Numbered from the stretch's first letter, positions 20,208 to 31,487 are shown. The stretch is 64,000 nucleotides of DNA from Candidatus Neptunichlamydia sp. (GCA_965233865.1 OZ247587.1:1408001-1472000), one strand, 5' to 3'. Numbers and translations are program-made. The notes: generated by a model not told the origin, from the sequence alone.

Positions 20208-22853
20208 TTAAGAAGCTTTAATCCCATTTTTATAGCGGGTTTCAACCCCATTCCCCTCTGCATCAAAATTTTTCTTAACCCCATCTAGCTTTCCCTCAAC
20301 AAAATATTGTTCGAGGCGAGGCTTCCCGTTGTCGTAATACTTCATGAATTTTCCATGCTGCTTTCCATCTTTGTATTCAGCTTCAAAAATGAGCACACTA
20401 GATTCATTCCAATGCTGAGCTTTCCCTTCAAGCTGCCCCCCCAAATAGCCATAGATACTATTTAAACGCCCATCTGTGAAATAGGTTTTTTCACTTCCTA
20501 CTTTTTGGTCCTTTTGAAATTCTACTTCTTTGTAAACTTGACCTGTTGGGTAGTACTGATAAGAAGCTCCTTCTCTAAGGTCATTTTTAAATGTGAGACG
20601 GATTGCAGTCTTTCCATTACGATGAAATAATTCAGCATTCCCATCCTTTACCCCAGATTTATAGGTCGTCACGCTAATTTTTGCTCCACTTGGATCATAT
20701 TCTACCGCTTCTCCCTGTAGTTTATTGTCTTTATAAAACGCTTCAATTGCTTTGGCTTTCTCACCATCAGTCACATCAAGAGGATAATAGACAAAGTGCG
20801 GCCCTTCTCGTCGATTGTTTTTGTAATTGTAAACAATCTCTCGTCCTTCTTGATCTTTTTCGAAGTGGCGCCCTTCTATCTTTCCTTTGACATACTTAGA
20901 CTCCTCAAGAAGACGGCCTTCTTCATCCCAGAGCCCTTTTAAGCCATGCAGCTGCCCAGATTCGTAGGCAATCTGTGTCTTAATCGTCCCACTAGGATAA
21001 AATGTCTTCTGCTCGCCATGTAGCTCCCCTTTATCATCATAGAAATAAAGATTTGCTACAGCAGCGGAGCTCTTCTCTGATGGAGGGAAAAATTCTTTCT
21101 GTTTCCCTACTGAAACATTGCCCTTAAAGCTTCGGATAAATGCTTCCGATCCATCCTCGTAATACCCAAGAGATTCGCCATCAAGTAGATCTCCTTTAAA
21201 GGTTTCAGTCAATTTAAGCTGTCCTGTTAAATAGTACTGCTCGTGCTTGCCCTCTTTTTTTCCATCAAGAAAGTGAAAGTTTTCCATTTTCTGCCCTGAA
21301 TCGTAATAAGCAACATGATTCCCTATCGAACGATCTAGATCAAAGGCTCCTTCAAAAAGAAGATGCCCTTTCTCATTCCAGCTTCTGAAAGTCCCATCTT
21401 TTTTTCCCATTTTATAGCGCGCTTCTAGTTTTGCCGTTCCATCTTCATACCACTCTCTTTGATCACCATCAAAAAGAGCATTTTTGAAGTTTTTACACAT
21501 GCTCATTTGCCCGTTAGCATACCAGTCAATGAATTCGCCATCTTTATTCCCTTCCTTAAAATTTCCTTCGAAAGCAAGTTTGCCATCTTCATGCCACTCT
21601 TGGAATAGCCCCTCTTTGAGCTTATTTTTATAATAACCATGCAGTTTAAGTTCTCCTGAAGAAAAATATTGCTTTTGCTCCCCATCAAATTCACCATCAA
21701 GATAGAAACAGTCCGCCTTTAATTTCCCATCTGAATACCAAGCCTGAAGGCTTCCTTCATACTGCCCATTTTGATTTACCGAGTATTCGGCAATTTTCTG
21801 ACCATCTTCATCAAATTCCCGTACAGGTTCTTTTAACTGCCCTTTTTTATCATAAGTGGCGAGATAAGCTATTGTTCCATTCTCATGTTTCCTCCAGTGC
21901 TTACCCACTTTTTTTCCTTGAACGTATTCACTTTCTCCAACAATTTTTCCATCATTGTTAAACCATTGCTCCATCTCGTCGATCTGTCCATTGACATATC
22001 GAGCATGGTAGCTTTGGCGCTCATTCGGATGATACTTAATGTGGTCACCGTGCGGATTTCCCTGAAAAAAATCTTGCAGTTCAACGATCGTATGATTTTC
22101 ATCATAACGAATTACAGCAGACTGACTTCCCTCTGAATGAAGTTTCCCGTGCGTAAAACGGTTTTCAACCTTTTCACTTCCATTTTCATACCATTCAATG
22201 AGTTTTCCATGGATTTCCCCCTTGGTATAAGGGACTAAAACTTCCCTTTTCCCAGACGCAAAAAAGCGCGCATAGTCACCCTCAAGCTTTCCATTTTTGT
22301 ATGTACCTTCAGCAAGGGTTTGGCCATTTTCATGATAAGAATAGATCTTTCCCTCGGGATTTCCTTGCTTAAATGTCGTTATGTGGTTGAGTTGTCCCTT
22401 TGGATAAAAAACCTTCATCGGCCCTTGCAACAGTCCGCGATCAAAGTAAGCAAGTCTCTCAACCTCTCCGCTTGCTCTAAATCGAATACTTACTCCATGG
22501 GGAACAGCAGTTGACTTCCAAGCTTCAAACCCTGGTGATTTCTCATCAACAACCGTCAGATCAGTCTCTTCCATTTTATGCCCACCCTCATAAAAGTGTA
22601 CCCGCTTTACAGCTTCCTCTTCCCCTTGGTCATTCTCTGAATAAAAAAGAGCAAGCTTTGGAGCTCCATTAGGAAACTGCTCAAAAACTTTCGGGCGCCA
22701 CTCAGGCATCCGCACCTTTAGATCCGTTGCCACGGGAGCAACTGAAGTATCAATTATTTCCTGTCCAAAGACGAACGTAGGCAATAGAGCCAGGCTGAAT
22801 AGAAGTGCTTTAAATTTCATTGTCATCACCAAAAATATCTTTCCCTTCATCAT
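20208..22853 (-). CDS. Exported MORN-variant (YwqK-like) repeat protein
   Basis: Dozens of Y(Y/H)xxG...xKxGxxxG repeats; signal peptide MKFKALLFSLALLPTFVFG (true start probably at that Met). Confidence 0.85.
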   Translation of the reverse strand: MMKGKIFLVMTMKFKALLFSLALLPTFVFGQEIIDTSVAPVATDLKVRMPEWRPKVFEQFPNGAPKLALFYSENDQGEEEAVKRVHFYEGGHKMEETDLTVVDEKSPGFEAWKSTAVPHGVSIRFRASGEVERLAYFDRGLLQGPMKVFYPKGQLNHITTFKQGNPEGKIYSYHENGQTLAEGTYKNGKLEGDYARFFASGKREVLVPYTKGEIHGKLIEWYENGSEKVENRFTHGKLHSEGSQSAVIRYDENHTIVELQDFFQGNPHGDHIKYHPNERQSYHARYVNGQIDEMEQWFNNDGKIVGESEYVQGKKVGKHWRKHENGTIAYLATYDKKGQLKEPVREFDEDGQKIAEYSVNQNGQYEGSLQAWYSDGKLKADCFYLDGEFDGEQKQYFSSGELKLHGYYKNKLKEGLFQEWHEDGKLAFEGNFKEGNKDGEFIDWYANGQMSMCKNFKNALFDGDQREWYEDGTAKLEARYKMGKKDGTFRSWNEKGHLLFEGAFDLDRSIGNHVAYYDSGQKMENFHFLDGKKEGKHEQYYLTGQLKLTETFKGDLLDGESLGYYEDGSEAFIRSFKGNVSVGKQKEFFPPSEKSSAAVANLYFYDDKGELHGEQKTFYPSGTIKTQIAYESGQLHGLKGLWDEEGRLLEESKYVKGKIEGRHFEKDQEGREIVYNYKNNRREGPHFVYYPLDVTDGEKAKAIEAFYKDNKLQGEAVEYDPSGAKISVTTYKSGVKDGNAELFHRNGKTAIRLTFKNDLREGASYQYYPTGQVYKEVEFQKDQKVGSEKTYFTDGRLNSIYGYLGGQLEGKAQHWNESSVLIFEAEYKDGKQHGKFMKYYDNGKPRLEQYFVEGKLDGVKKNFDAEGNGVETRYKNGIKAS

Positions 22854-23097
22854 ACTGCTTAGATCTTTTTTTCTCTACCAAAGAAGAGAGTTTGCCTCAA
22901 CACAACCCTAGCAATCTTCCTTAAATTCTCCATAGAGAAAACTCTCGTTTTTGCTAATTTTTCTACCTATTAATTTTTTTATTTAACTTTCAGCAACTCT
23001 AGCCATCTCTCCTCCAAGTACACCTTCCTTCAGGAGAAATTTAAATGAAATCCTGGAGAAAGTGTTTCACATCTTGTCAATCATGATAGAACTTGAG

Positions 23098-23986
23098 TAT
23101 AGCTAAGTTGATATAATTTAGTTATAAGCAATATTCCTTAAAAAGTTCATCAATTCCACATTGATATTTTCTTCGTTTAGATTTTGCTTGTGCCCATTTA
23201 CGCTCAAATAGGATTTAAATCTGGGGAATATGGGGGAAGATATTTCAAGATGTGGCCTGCAGCTTCGACCTTTTCTTGCATAGATTTGCTTTTATGAAAC
23301 GATGAATTATCCATAACCAAAACGCTTTCAGAAGGAAGTTTCGGCATCAAGTTTTGCTCTGCCCAACTGCTAAAGGCATCTGTATTAATATTACAATCAA
23401 ACAGTGCAAGAGTAAGAAGGTTTGTTCCAAGTAACGCCCCTATTGCATTTGTCCTCCCTTTTGCTCCCCAGTCATGGGTGCCGAAGCACCTCTCTCCTAT
23501 TTTTGAGTAACCATGCGTTCGGGGCATATCATGGGCAAACCCACTTTCATCGATGTATGCAATCGGTTTTCCCAAGCATTCATACCTTGAAATCTTTTCT
23601 CTGAAGAGAGATCTCTTCTTTTTGCAAGCCTTGGGATGGTTAAGTGTTTTTTTTATAGCTAATTCTTAGCCGCTTCATGGCACAACGAACACCTGAAGGG
23701 CTTACATTGAGACGATATGCTCGTTCATAGTTGAAGGCATCAGGGTATTTTTTGATATCCTCCATCAAGCGATCTCTTTCAATCTTTATTGCAGGTCTAT
23801 TTTTAGTGCGCTTTGCCTCTAGCCTCTTAGACCAAAGAAATATGCTATTTACACTTACACCAAAACGTTTTGCTGTCTTGGCAAAACTTAAATTTTCTGT
23901 GCTTCGGATCAACAGTACCTTTTTTCTAAAATCTAATGAATACGTCATTCAAAAAAGTATAACTAAAACGAAATATTTTAGCTATA
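23098..23986 (-). mobile_element. IS630-family element, copy 2 (full length but a +1 T frameshift removes the catalytic Glu)
   Basis: Same terminal repeats, with TA at each end; orfA 23640-23948 ends at an A8 slippery run; orfB 23204-23575 has IDESG and VMDN but reads NPI-TGA instead of NPIE. Confidence 0.95.
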
Positions 23987-24292
23987 TCTCTATAGGTCTA
24001 TGCGTGCTCTGTATGACTTTTTTGTTTTTCCCATTCCGGTTGTTACCGGTATTATTACCCTTGATGGCGTGTTTTTCATATCCTAAGTGCCCTTCCATCT
24101 CTTTCTCGAGCATCTTCTCAACCATTCCACCAATGAGCTTTTGGATTAGCCCATTTTGACCGGTTAGGTCTTCCATGGTTGCGCACTTATCTAATTCTTC
24201 TTCGAGATCATAATTCATGATTTATCCTTGTGTAAAATCAACGTTATTTTTCCTTAACATTTTTTCATTTACACAGTTATTCTTATAGTCTC
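23987..24292 (-). mobile_element. IS256-family element 5' stump (truncated by IS630)
   Basis: N-terminus ...MLEKEMEGHLGYEKH...NNRNGKNKKVIQS typical of IS256 transposases; IR-like end GAGACTATAAGAATAACTGTGTAA at 24292. Confidence 0.85.
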
Positions 24293-24438
24293 AAAAAAGA
24301 TTGCTTAATCTTTTTTTAGAGATAAGATCGTGCTGCACTTTCGGTTCGTCAGATTATTCACGGCAGTAAAGTCCATACTCTTGGTACTCTGTTTTCTAGC
24401 GATTATTTGGCATGAGCCTTTGAGGCATGTTGATTATG

Positions 24439-24475
24439 GATTTTGCCCCTTTCACAAAGGGGCAGAAATCTTTTT
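24439..24475 (+). terminator. GC-rich hairpin downstream of rho with T-run on the + strand
   Basis: TGCCCCTTT-CAC-AAAGGGGCA followed by GAAATCTTTTT. Confidence 0.55.
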
Positions 24476-24523
24476 GAAAATGAAAATAGTGATCATTTTA
24501 TATGTGTTTAGCTATATATGGAC

Positions 24524-25876
24524 TTAATTCTTCATTGAAAGTAAGAATTCTGCGTTTGAATTTGTTTTTTTCAACCGGCTAAGTAGCATATTCATCGCAT
24601 CAAGAGGGGTTAAGTCAGCAAGTGCTCGGCGGAGAAGGTAGATCTTTTCAAGTTCATCGGGGTGATAAAGGAGATCTTCTTTTCGTGTTCCTGAGCGAAC
24701 CACATCAATTGCAGGATAGATTCTTCGATCAGCAAGGCGTCTATCGAGGACAAGCTCCATATTACCTGTGCCCTTAAACTCTTCAAAAATCACCTCGTCC
24801 ATTCGAGACCCTGTATCGACAAGAGCGGTAGCGATGATCGTTAGTGAGCCTCCATGCTCGATGTTTCGCGCTGCGCCAAAGAACCGTTTGGGTTTGTGGA
24901 GTGATTGTGCATCGACACCTCCCGTCAGGATCTTTCCAGAGTGAGGTTGCACAGTATTATAGGCACGGGCAAGACGTGTAATCGAGTCAAGAAGGATGAC
25001 AACGTTTTGACCATTTTCAACGAGAGAGCGGGCTTTTTCAATGACCATCTCTGCAACTTGGACATGGCGCTCTGGGGGTTCATCAAAGGTTGAAGAGACA
25101 ACTTCTCCCTTAACCATCCGTTGCATGTCGGTCACTTCCTCAGGACGTTCATCGATAAGGAGAACAATAAGTGTTGCATCAGGATGATTGATTGCAATCG
25201 AATTGGCAATGTTTTGCATCAGGATTGTTTTTCCTGACTTTGGGGGAGCTACAATGAGGCCTCTTTGTCCCTTTCCAATTGGAGAGCTAAGATCAAGCAC
25301 GCGCATTGCGAGTCGATCTTTCCCATTTTCCATGACATAGCGTTCTGTCGGAAAGAGAGGAGTCAAGTTGTTGAAGAGGATCCGTTCTTTAGATTTTTCG
25401 GGGGTTTTCCCGTTAATTTTGTCCACTTTTTGAAGAGCAAAATACTTTTCTTTTTCTTTTGGAGCGCGGAGAGTTCCATAGATTGTATCTCCTTTTTTGA
25501 GATCGAAGCGGCGAATTTGAGCGGGAGAGACGTAAATATCTTCGGCAGAAGGAAGGTAGTTGTAGTTAGGAGAGCGAAGAAATCCAAACCCATCAGGAAG
25601 GACTTCTAATACTCCTTCACCGACAAGAACTTCGTCAGGCATCGCAGATTTCAATTTGACAACTTCGAATACCATTTGTGATTTGGTTAAAGATCCAATA
25701 TTTTCAAGACCAATATTTTTCGCATAAATCGCTAGCTGGTCAATACCCATCTGCTGAAGATCAGCAATCTTGGTGATAGTGGGATCTTTAGAGGGCTTTT
25801 GGCCTGGATGTTTTTTAGGAGAGTGGGTGGGTTTTTCTTTTTTGATCGCTTGGTTTTGGTCTGTATCTTCGCTCAT
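24524..25876 (-). CDS. rho: Transcription termination factor Rho
   Basis: [37 protein letters not shown] and [12 protein letters not shown] motifs. Confidence 0.99.
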   Translation of the reverse strand: MSEDTDQNQAIKKEKPTHSPKKHPGQKPSKDPTITKIADLQQMGIDQLAIYAKNIGLENIGSLTKSQMVFEVVKLKSAMPDEVLVGEGVLEVLPDGFGFLRSPNYNYLPSAEDIYVSPAQIRRFDLKKGDTIYGTLRAPKEKEKYFALQKVDKINGKTPEKSKERILFNNLTPLFPTERYVMENGKDRLAMRVLDLSSPIGKGQRGLIVAPPKSGKTILMQNIANSIAINHPDATLIVLLIDERPEEVTDMQRMVKGEVVSSTFDEPPERHVQVAEMVIEKARSLVENGQNVVILLDSITRLARAYNTVQPHSGKILTGGVDAQSLHKPKRFFGAARNIEHGGSLTIIATALVDTGSRMDEVIFEEFKGTGNMELVLDRRLADRRIYPAIDVVRSGTRKEDLLYHPDELEKIYLLRRALADLTPLDAMNMLLSRLKKTNSNAEFLLSMKN

Positions 25877-26484
25877 TGAGAGTCTATCTCCTTAATCATT
25901 TCAAGTGCTTTTTGTTTTAAGTCTTCGACCGTGCCAAGGTTTTCAATGACATAGTCTGCATGTTTAGCTTTCTTTTCTGGATTCCATTGACGAGCATTCC
26001 TTTTGAGGAAACTATTCTTTGTAAACCCTGCTTGGATAAAGCGTTTAATCGCTTTATCGCTATTGCTGACAACAGCAACAATGAGATCAAAATTTTTATC
26101 TTTGCCGATTTCCTGAATGAGGGGAAGTTCGACGACAAAATATTTATCTTTTCCTTCTGCTTCCACTTTTTTGAATTCTTCATCGATACGTCTGAGAAGA
26201 AGAGGGTGAAGGAGAGATTCCAGAGCTTTTAATTTATCCTCATCGCTAAAAACGATGTCTGCTACTTTCTTCCGGTCAATCTTCTTATCTGTTATCACTT
26301 TTGATCCGAAGAGAGAGATCACTTGCTCAATACATGAAGGATCATTTGCCAGAAGTTGATGAATGATTGTATCAGAACTAAGTGTAGATGCTCCATGATC
26401 TTTTAGAATACGGCAAACTGTGGATTTTCCCGTTGCGACATTGCCTGTTATCGCAATTTTTTTCAAGTTTAACACATCCCCCAA
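25873..26484 (-). CDS. coaE: Dephospho-CoA kinase
   Basis: [14 protein letters not shown]-loop; sits between polA and rho. Confidence 0.95.
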   Translation of the reverse strand: MGDVLNLKKIAITGNVATGKSTVCRILKDHGASTLSSDTIIHQLLANDPSCIEQVISLFGSKVITDKKIDRKKVADIVFSDEDKLKALESLLHPLLLRRIDEEFKKVEAEGKDKYFVVELPLIQEIGKDKNFDLIVAVVSNSDKAIKRFIQAGFTKNSFLKRNARQWNPEKKAKHADYVIENLGTVEDLKQKALEMIKEIDSQ

Positions 26485-29114
26485 TTTTTTCCAACGTCAA
26501 TATTGACAATCAAAGGAACTGATAAAGAGGTGATATTTTCCATGATGGACTGGACGATTTCAGAGACGCGAGGAATATTTTCATCAGGAAGTTCAAAAAT
26601 TAATTCATCATGAACTTGGAGGACCATGTAAGCAAGCCTTTCCTTCTTAAGGGTTTCATGAACTTTAATCATTGCTTTTTTGATAATATCAGCCTGGCTT
26701 CCTTGAAGGGGAGTATTCACTGCCAAACGCTCTGCTGCTGTTCGAATCATTCCGTTTGTGCTATAGATTTCTGGGATGGGGCGTTTTCGTCCATACATTG
26801 TTGTTGCAAGGCCTGTCTCCCGCACTTTTTTTTTTGAACTTTCAATAAAGTCCCTGACCCCTGGGTACCGCTCAAAGTATTTCTTAATAAAGATGGAAGC
26901 TTCTTTAATATCGATTCTAAGTTCTTGTGAAAGACCGTAGGCTTGCTGGCCATAAATGATTCCAAAGTTAACAGCTTTAGCTCCGGCTCGCATCTGCTTT
27001 GTGACCTCCTCAATAGGTACATCAAAAACAGTAGCGGCTGTCGATGCATGGATGTCTTCATCATGATTAAAGGCCGCGATGAGTTTAGGGTCGTTGCTGA
27101 AGTGAGCTAAGAGTCGAAGTTCGATTTGAGAGTAGTCAGCAGAAAGATAAGACCATCCCTCCATTTCCGGCATAAATGCTTCTCGAATTTTCCGACCTTC
27201 TTCGGAGCGAATAGGGATATTTTGAAGATTGGGATCTTGGCAAGATAGTCGTCCTGTTGCGGTCATTGTTTGCATGAAAGTGCAATGAATCCGGCTCGTA
27301 TCTTCGTGAACTTGGAGAGGAAGAGCTTCTGTATAGGTTGAACGAAGTTTTTCAAGGCTTCGATACTCTAAAATTTTCCCTGCAATTGGGTACTCTGCTT
27401 TTAGAGAGTCTAAGACATCTGCACGAGTGCTTTTCTTTTTAGATCCCATAGGAATTGCCAGTTTGTCAAATAGAATCTCTGCTAGTTGTTTCGGAGACTT
27501 AATGTTAAATGTTTCTCCTGATAGACCGTAAATCTCTTTTTCTAAATAGGCAAGTTCAACGCGCAGTAGCTCTGACATATCTTGAAGTTTTTCGGTGTCG
27601 ATAAACATCCCATACCGCTCCATTGAGACAAGGACTGGAATGAGAGGGAGTTCGATTTCTAGGAGCATATTTGACAGTCCCTTCTCTTCAAGCTCCTTTT
27701 CAAAAAGAGCCTTTAGGCGGCAAGTGTAGTCCACATCTTCGCAGCAATAAGGAGCAATGTTTTCAATCGGAACATCTCGCATTGACTTTTCATTTTTTCC
27801 ACTTCCAATTAAGTCTTTAATGGGAGTTTTTCTCTTTCCAAATTTTTCAAGGGATAACAGGTCGAGACCATGCCGGTTTTTTTGAGGTGCACATAGATAA
27901 GAAGCAATCATGGTATCAAAACCAATCGTCTTCAAAGTAATTCCATGGTTTTTAAAAATGTGGAAGTCATATTTGATGTTGTGCCCATAGAAGGCAATAT
28001 CGGGATTTTCAAGGAGTGGCTTAAGTTTTGACACAACCATATCGATTCCTAATTTCCCATTTGTCGGAACGTACCATGCCACGCAAGGAGCAGTGCAAAA
28101 CCCTACACCAACCATTCGTGCTGTCATCGGAGAAAGTTGATCGGTTTCGGTATCTATACAGATCAATTTTTCTAGCTCAAATTTTTTAATCAGAGCATCC
28201 AACTCCTCTTCAGTATCGACGATATGATAGGAAAGTTCTTCTTCAATCTGCGTTTCAGTAGGTTTTTCTAATTCTTGCAGAAGAGTATTAAAGTTCATTT
28301 CTCGATAAAGAGTCTCAAGGGCTTCGGCGTTTGGAGATTCGAGGCGATAAAAGTCTTCTTCCGGTGGATAGGGAACATCCACTATGAGTGTTGCGAGTTT
28401 TTGGCTAACCCGTGCATCAGACTCATAGGCTCTGATTTTTTCTGCTCGCTTTTGATTTACCATTCCATCGAGGCTATTAAGGAGATTTTCAAGCGTCCCA
28501 TATTCTTGAAGAAGAGAGGCTGCTGTTTTTGGACCAAACCCTGGAATTCCTGGAATGTTATCTGATTTGTCACCCATAATCGCTAAGTAATCGACGATTT
28601 GCTCTGGTTTCACCCCATGAATTTCCTCCACCATCTCTCGGTTGATTAAGAGGTTGCCTTTGCTCGTGTTAAGCATGAAAATTTTGTCGGTGATTAGTTG
28701 ACAAAGGTCTTTATCGCTTGAGCAAATAAAAACCTCAGTTCCCTGTTTTTCTGCCCATTTAGCGATGGCTCCTATGACGTCATCGGCTTCAACCCCCTCC
28801 TCAGATAGATAAGGAATCCCAGCCATTTTGCAGAACTGATGTGCCCAACCTAATTGAGGAACAAGATCTTCAGGCATCCCTTCCCTATGACTCTTATACT
28901 CCTCATATATGTCAATTCGTGATTGTTTGTTGTTGGGACCATCAAAAACAGCAACGAAGCCTTCAGGAGCAAATTCCTTGATAATTTTTTGGACTGAGCG
29001 GATAAATCCATAGAGGGCATTTGTAGACTCACCCTTTTTGTTTGTCATCCCTCGGATGGCAAAGTAAGAGCGAAATAGGAAAGAAACTGCATCTAGGATA
29101 TATATATTTTTCAT
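26469..29114 (-). CDS. polA: DNA polymerase I
   Basis: 5'-3' exonuclease (EADDVIG, GDKSDNIPG), 3'-5' exonuclease (IDTET), polymerase motifs ADYSQIELR, KAVNFGIIYG, QVHDEL. Confidence 0.99.
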   Translation of the reverse strand: MKNIYILDAVSFLFRSYFAIRGMTNKKGESTNALYGFIRSVQKIIKEFAPEGFVAVFDGPNNKQSRIDIYEEYKSHREGMPEDLVPQLGWAHQFCKMAGIPYLSEEGVEADDVIGAIAKWAEKQGTEVFICSSDKDLCQLITDKIFMLNTSKGNLLINREMVEEIHGVKPEQIVDYLAIMGDKSDNIPGIPGFGPKTAASLLQEYGTLENLLNSLDGMVNQKRAEKIRAYESDARVSQKLATLIVDVPYPPEEDFYRLESPNAEALETLYREMNFNTLLQELEKPTETQIEEELSYHIVDTEEELDALIKKFELEKLICIDTETDQLSPMTARMVGVGFCTAPCVAWYVPTNGKLGIDMVVSKLKPLLENPDIAFYGHNIKYDFHIFKNHGITLKTIGFDTMIASYLCAPQKNRHGLDLLSLEKFGKRKTPIKDLIGSGKNEKSMRDVPIENIAPYCCEDVDYTCRLKALFEKELEEKGLSNMLLEIELPLIPVLVSMERYGMFIDTEKLQDMSELLRVELAYLEKEIYGLSGETFNIKSPKQLAEILFDKLAIPMGSKKKSTRADVLDSLKAEYPIAGKILEYRSLEKLRSTYTEALPLQVHEDTSRIHCTFMQTMTATGRLSCQDPNLQNIPIRSEEGRKIREAFMPEMEGWSYLSADYSQIELRLLAHFSNDPKLIAAFNHDEDIHASTAATVFDVPIEEVTKQMRAGAKAVNFGIIYGQQAYGLSQELRIDIKEASIFIKKYFERYPGVRDFIESSKKKVRETGLATTMYGRKRPIPEIYSTNGMIRTAAERLAVNTPLQGSQADIIKKAMIKVHETLKKERLAYMVLQVHDELIFELPDENIPRVSEIVQSIMENITSLSVPLIVNIDVGKNWGMC

Positions 29115-29158
29115 AAAACCATTCCCTGAACATCAACCCAATTCGTATATTTTAAAGG

Positions 29159-30223
29159 CTATTCATTGCTTGCACTCCATTGAAGAGCAGGCGAGTAAAG
29201 GTAGAGAGAGCGGTTCATGAGCTCGGGGCTTATATCTGCAGGAAAGGTAAGCTCGTGCTTAACCTTACCTGTAAAAATGGGGGAACTTCCCTCAATGAGA
29301 CCCGATAGTACCGGATGGAGAACCTTTAGTTCAACAACTTGGTAATCGCCTTCAATTTTAGCCTCTTTTACAAGAGCTAGAAGGGCCTTGCTGTAGCTGC
29401 TGTTCCCATCATCAATGTAGCCGTAATCTTGTGCTTTGACGGGATCGTAGACTTGAGCGCCGTATTCACTAACAAGCTTAGCTCTGCTTAGCCGAGGACG
29501 AGCCGTAGTGACAAGGTTTACAAAGAGATTATAGTCGTAGGCGACAATATCACGCAGAGCCTGATCTTCTCCAGGCTTCCATTCGCGGTAAGGGCTGAGC
29601 ATATCTTTATCAATTCCCTTTGTAATCGTAAGCTGTTTGACTCCATATTTTTCCATCAAGCCAGCAACGTTAAAGTTTGGTCCCATTAATACGCCCACTG
29701 AGCCGATGATTCCAACAGGAGCGGAGAAAATTTTGTCTGCACTACAAGCAATCATCATTCCTCCAGAGGCGCACATTCCATCAACATAGGCATAGATTGG
29801 AATTTTATACTTTTCTTTATACTCCACCAGATTTTGGTAAATGTCGTGGGCATCAGAAGCTGTTCCTCCAGGGCTGTTAATATGGAGGAACAGCGCTTTG
29901 ACGCGGTCTTTTTTCAGTATCCCGTCTCGTGAATCTAGAAGTTGAGCGTGCACAGTTTTTGCATTCAAGTCTTTCGATCCAATGATTCCATGGATATTGA
30001 GTCTAAATATTGCAGGGTCCGAATGAGGAAGCAAAGAGCGATTCCCTTCAGCATCTGCAGCAATAATCAGTTGGGTCTTATCTGAAACCATCTGTGGCTT
30101 TGAGAGAATGCCCACAACAATTCCGATAATAACCATACCAACAAGAATTCCGATGAATCCAGCAAAAACATTGCAAAAAGATCTTACTGCCGATACAAAA
30201 ATCGACTCATGCTTAACTTCCAT
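29159..30223 (-). CDS. sppA: S49 family peptidase (SppA/SohB)
   Basis: INSPGG, CASGGMMIAC and GSVGV motifs. Confidence 0.9.
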   Translation of the reverse strand: MEVKHESIFVSAVRSFCNVFAGFIGILVGMVIIGIVVGILSKPQMVSDKTQLIIAADAEGNRSLLPHSDPAIFRLNIHGIIGSKDLNAKTVHAQLLDSRDGILKKDRVKALFLHINSPGGTASDAHDIYQNLVEYKEKYKIPIYAYVDGMCASGGMMIACSADKIFSAPVGIIGSVGVLMGPNFNVAGLMEKYGVKQLTITKGIDKDMLSPYREWKPGEDQALRDIVAYDYNLFVNLVTTARPRLSRAKLVSEYGAQVYDPVKAQDYGYIDDGNSSYSKALLALVKEAKIEGDYQVVELKVLHPVLSGLIEGSSPIFTGKVKHELTFPADISPELMNRSLYLYSPALQWSASNE

Positions 30224-30272
30224 AACTTTCCTTGTAAACAGAGATTAAAATTACCTCATCGTAACGAAGTTT

Positions 30273-31487
30273 TTAATTTGCTTCAACTACAGATGATGGT
30301 GCAAGAGTTTTCAAATCCTTGTCGACAACGGCAGTGATACAACTGTCAGACCAGACATTGAGAGCTGTTTCGACCATATCAAAGAGTGAGTAGAGAGGGA
30401 GAATAATTCCCATGAGTTCAACCGGAACGCCCATCCCAATTAAAAATGCTGTGGTAAGAAAAAAACATCCCATTGGAACTCCTGCGTTGCCAATAGCGGC
30501 AAAAGAGGCAAGGAAAATCCAGGGGATCATTTGCATGGGGCTAAAGACAATTCCTTGAGATCCACAGACAAAAAAGAGGGTGATTAAAATGAATGCTGCA
30601 CATCCATTCATGTTGATAATGGAGCATAAGGGTAGGCTAAAGCTTGCTGTTTTATCTGACACACCAAGGCGATTTTTTGCACAGTCAAGAGCAAGAGGGA
30701 GAGTAGCATTCGAAGACTTTGTGAAAAAAGCCATTGTAAGAGCTGGGGACATTGCTCTCGCTGTTCTCATGGGAGATTCTCCTCGTAGTTTCACCATCAA
30801 AGGGAGGACAATTAAGCCTTGAATAAGGTTCGCACCAATGACACATAGGCCATAAAGCATGAGTTGTTGTAGCTGCGCAGCATTTCCTTTGATGCTTTGA
30901 ATAAATTGGATTGTAAACGCAAAGATACCAAGCGGCATGAGAAAGATAAGAGCTGATGTGATTTTTAAAAGGGCTGAGAAAAGAGCCCCAAATAGATCCC
31001 GTAGAAGATTGTTCTGCTCTTTGGGGAGCTTTAATATTGCAATACTAAATATTGCTGCTAGAAAGGCCATTCCTAAGACATTGTTTTCTAAAAAAGGCTG
31101 CACAGGGTTTTCAGGAATGATTTTCATTAGGAAAGAAAGATAGTTTCCTTGCTTGGGGACAGCGATCGCAATTGCCTCACCTAAATTGACTGGTTGAATA
31201 ACCAGAAAAAGAATCATGCCAATCGTTGCAGCAATGAGAGTTGTTGCAACAGTATATGTTAATATGCGCTTTAGAAGAACTCCTGCTTCGCTTAGAGATG
31301 TCATTCGAGAGAGGGTGGAAACAATTGCTAAAAAAATCATAGGTAAACTAATCAACTTGAGCATATTGATAAAGAGTTTGCTTATGACATCAGCAAGGCT
31401 AACTACAAAGGGCAGATCAAAAAAGCCGAGGATCCCCCCGAACAAAAGAGCAAGAACCATCCCTAAATTAAAATAATTTTTCTTCAT
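30273..31487 (-). CDS. Dicarboxylate/amino acid:cation symporter (SDF family)
   Basis: FFTKSSNATLP, INMNGCA, GNAGVP and DMVETALNVWSD motifs. Confidence 0.93.
   Translation of the reverse strand: MKKNYFNLGMVLALLFGGILGFFDLPFVVSLADVISKLFINMLKLISLPMIFLAIVSTLSRMTSLSEAGVLLKRILTYTVATTLIAATIGMILFLVIQPVNLGEAIAIAVPKQGNYLSFLMKIIPENPVQPFLENNVLGMAFLAAIFSIAILKLPKEQNNLLRDLFGALFSALLKITSALIFLMPLGIFAFTIQFIQSIKGNAAQLQQLMLYGLCVIGANLIQGLIVLPLMVKLRGESPMRTARAMSPALTMAFFTKSSNATLPLALDCAKNRLGVSDKTASFSLPLCSIINMNGCAAFILITLFFVCGSQGIVFSPMQMIPWIFLASFAAIGNAGVPMGCFFLTTAFLIGMGVPVELMGIILPLYSLFDMVETALNVWSDSCITAVVDKDLKTLAPSSVVEAN

Noticed and set aside
428..23986. Past inversion between the two IS630 copies explaining the mismatched flanks
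   Set aside because: Re-joining the flanks as an inversion predicts does not restore the IS256 frame (no VPRDR) or the GT11-like frame (immediate TGA)
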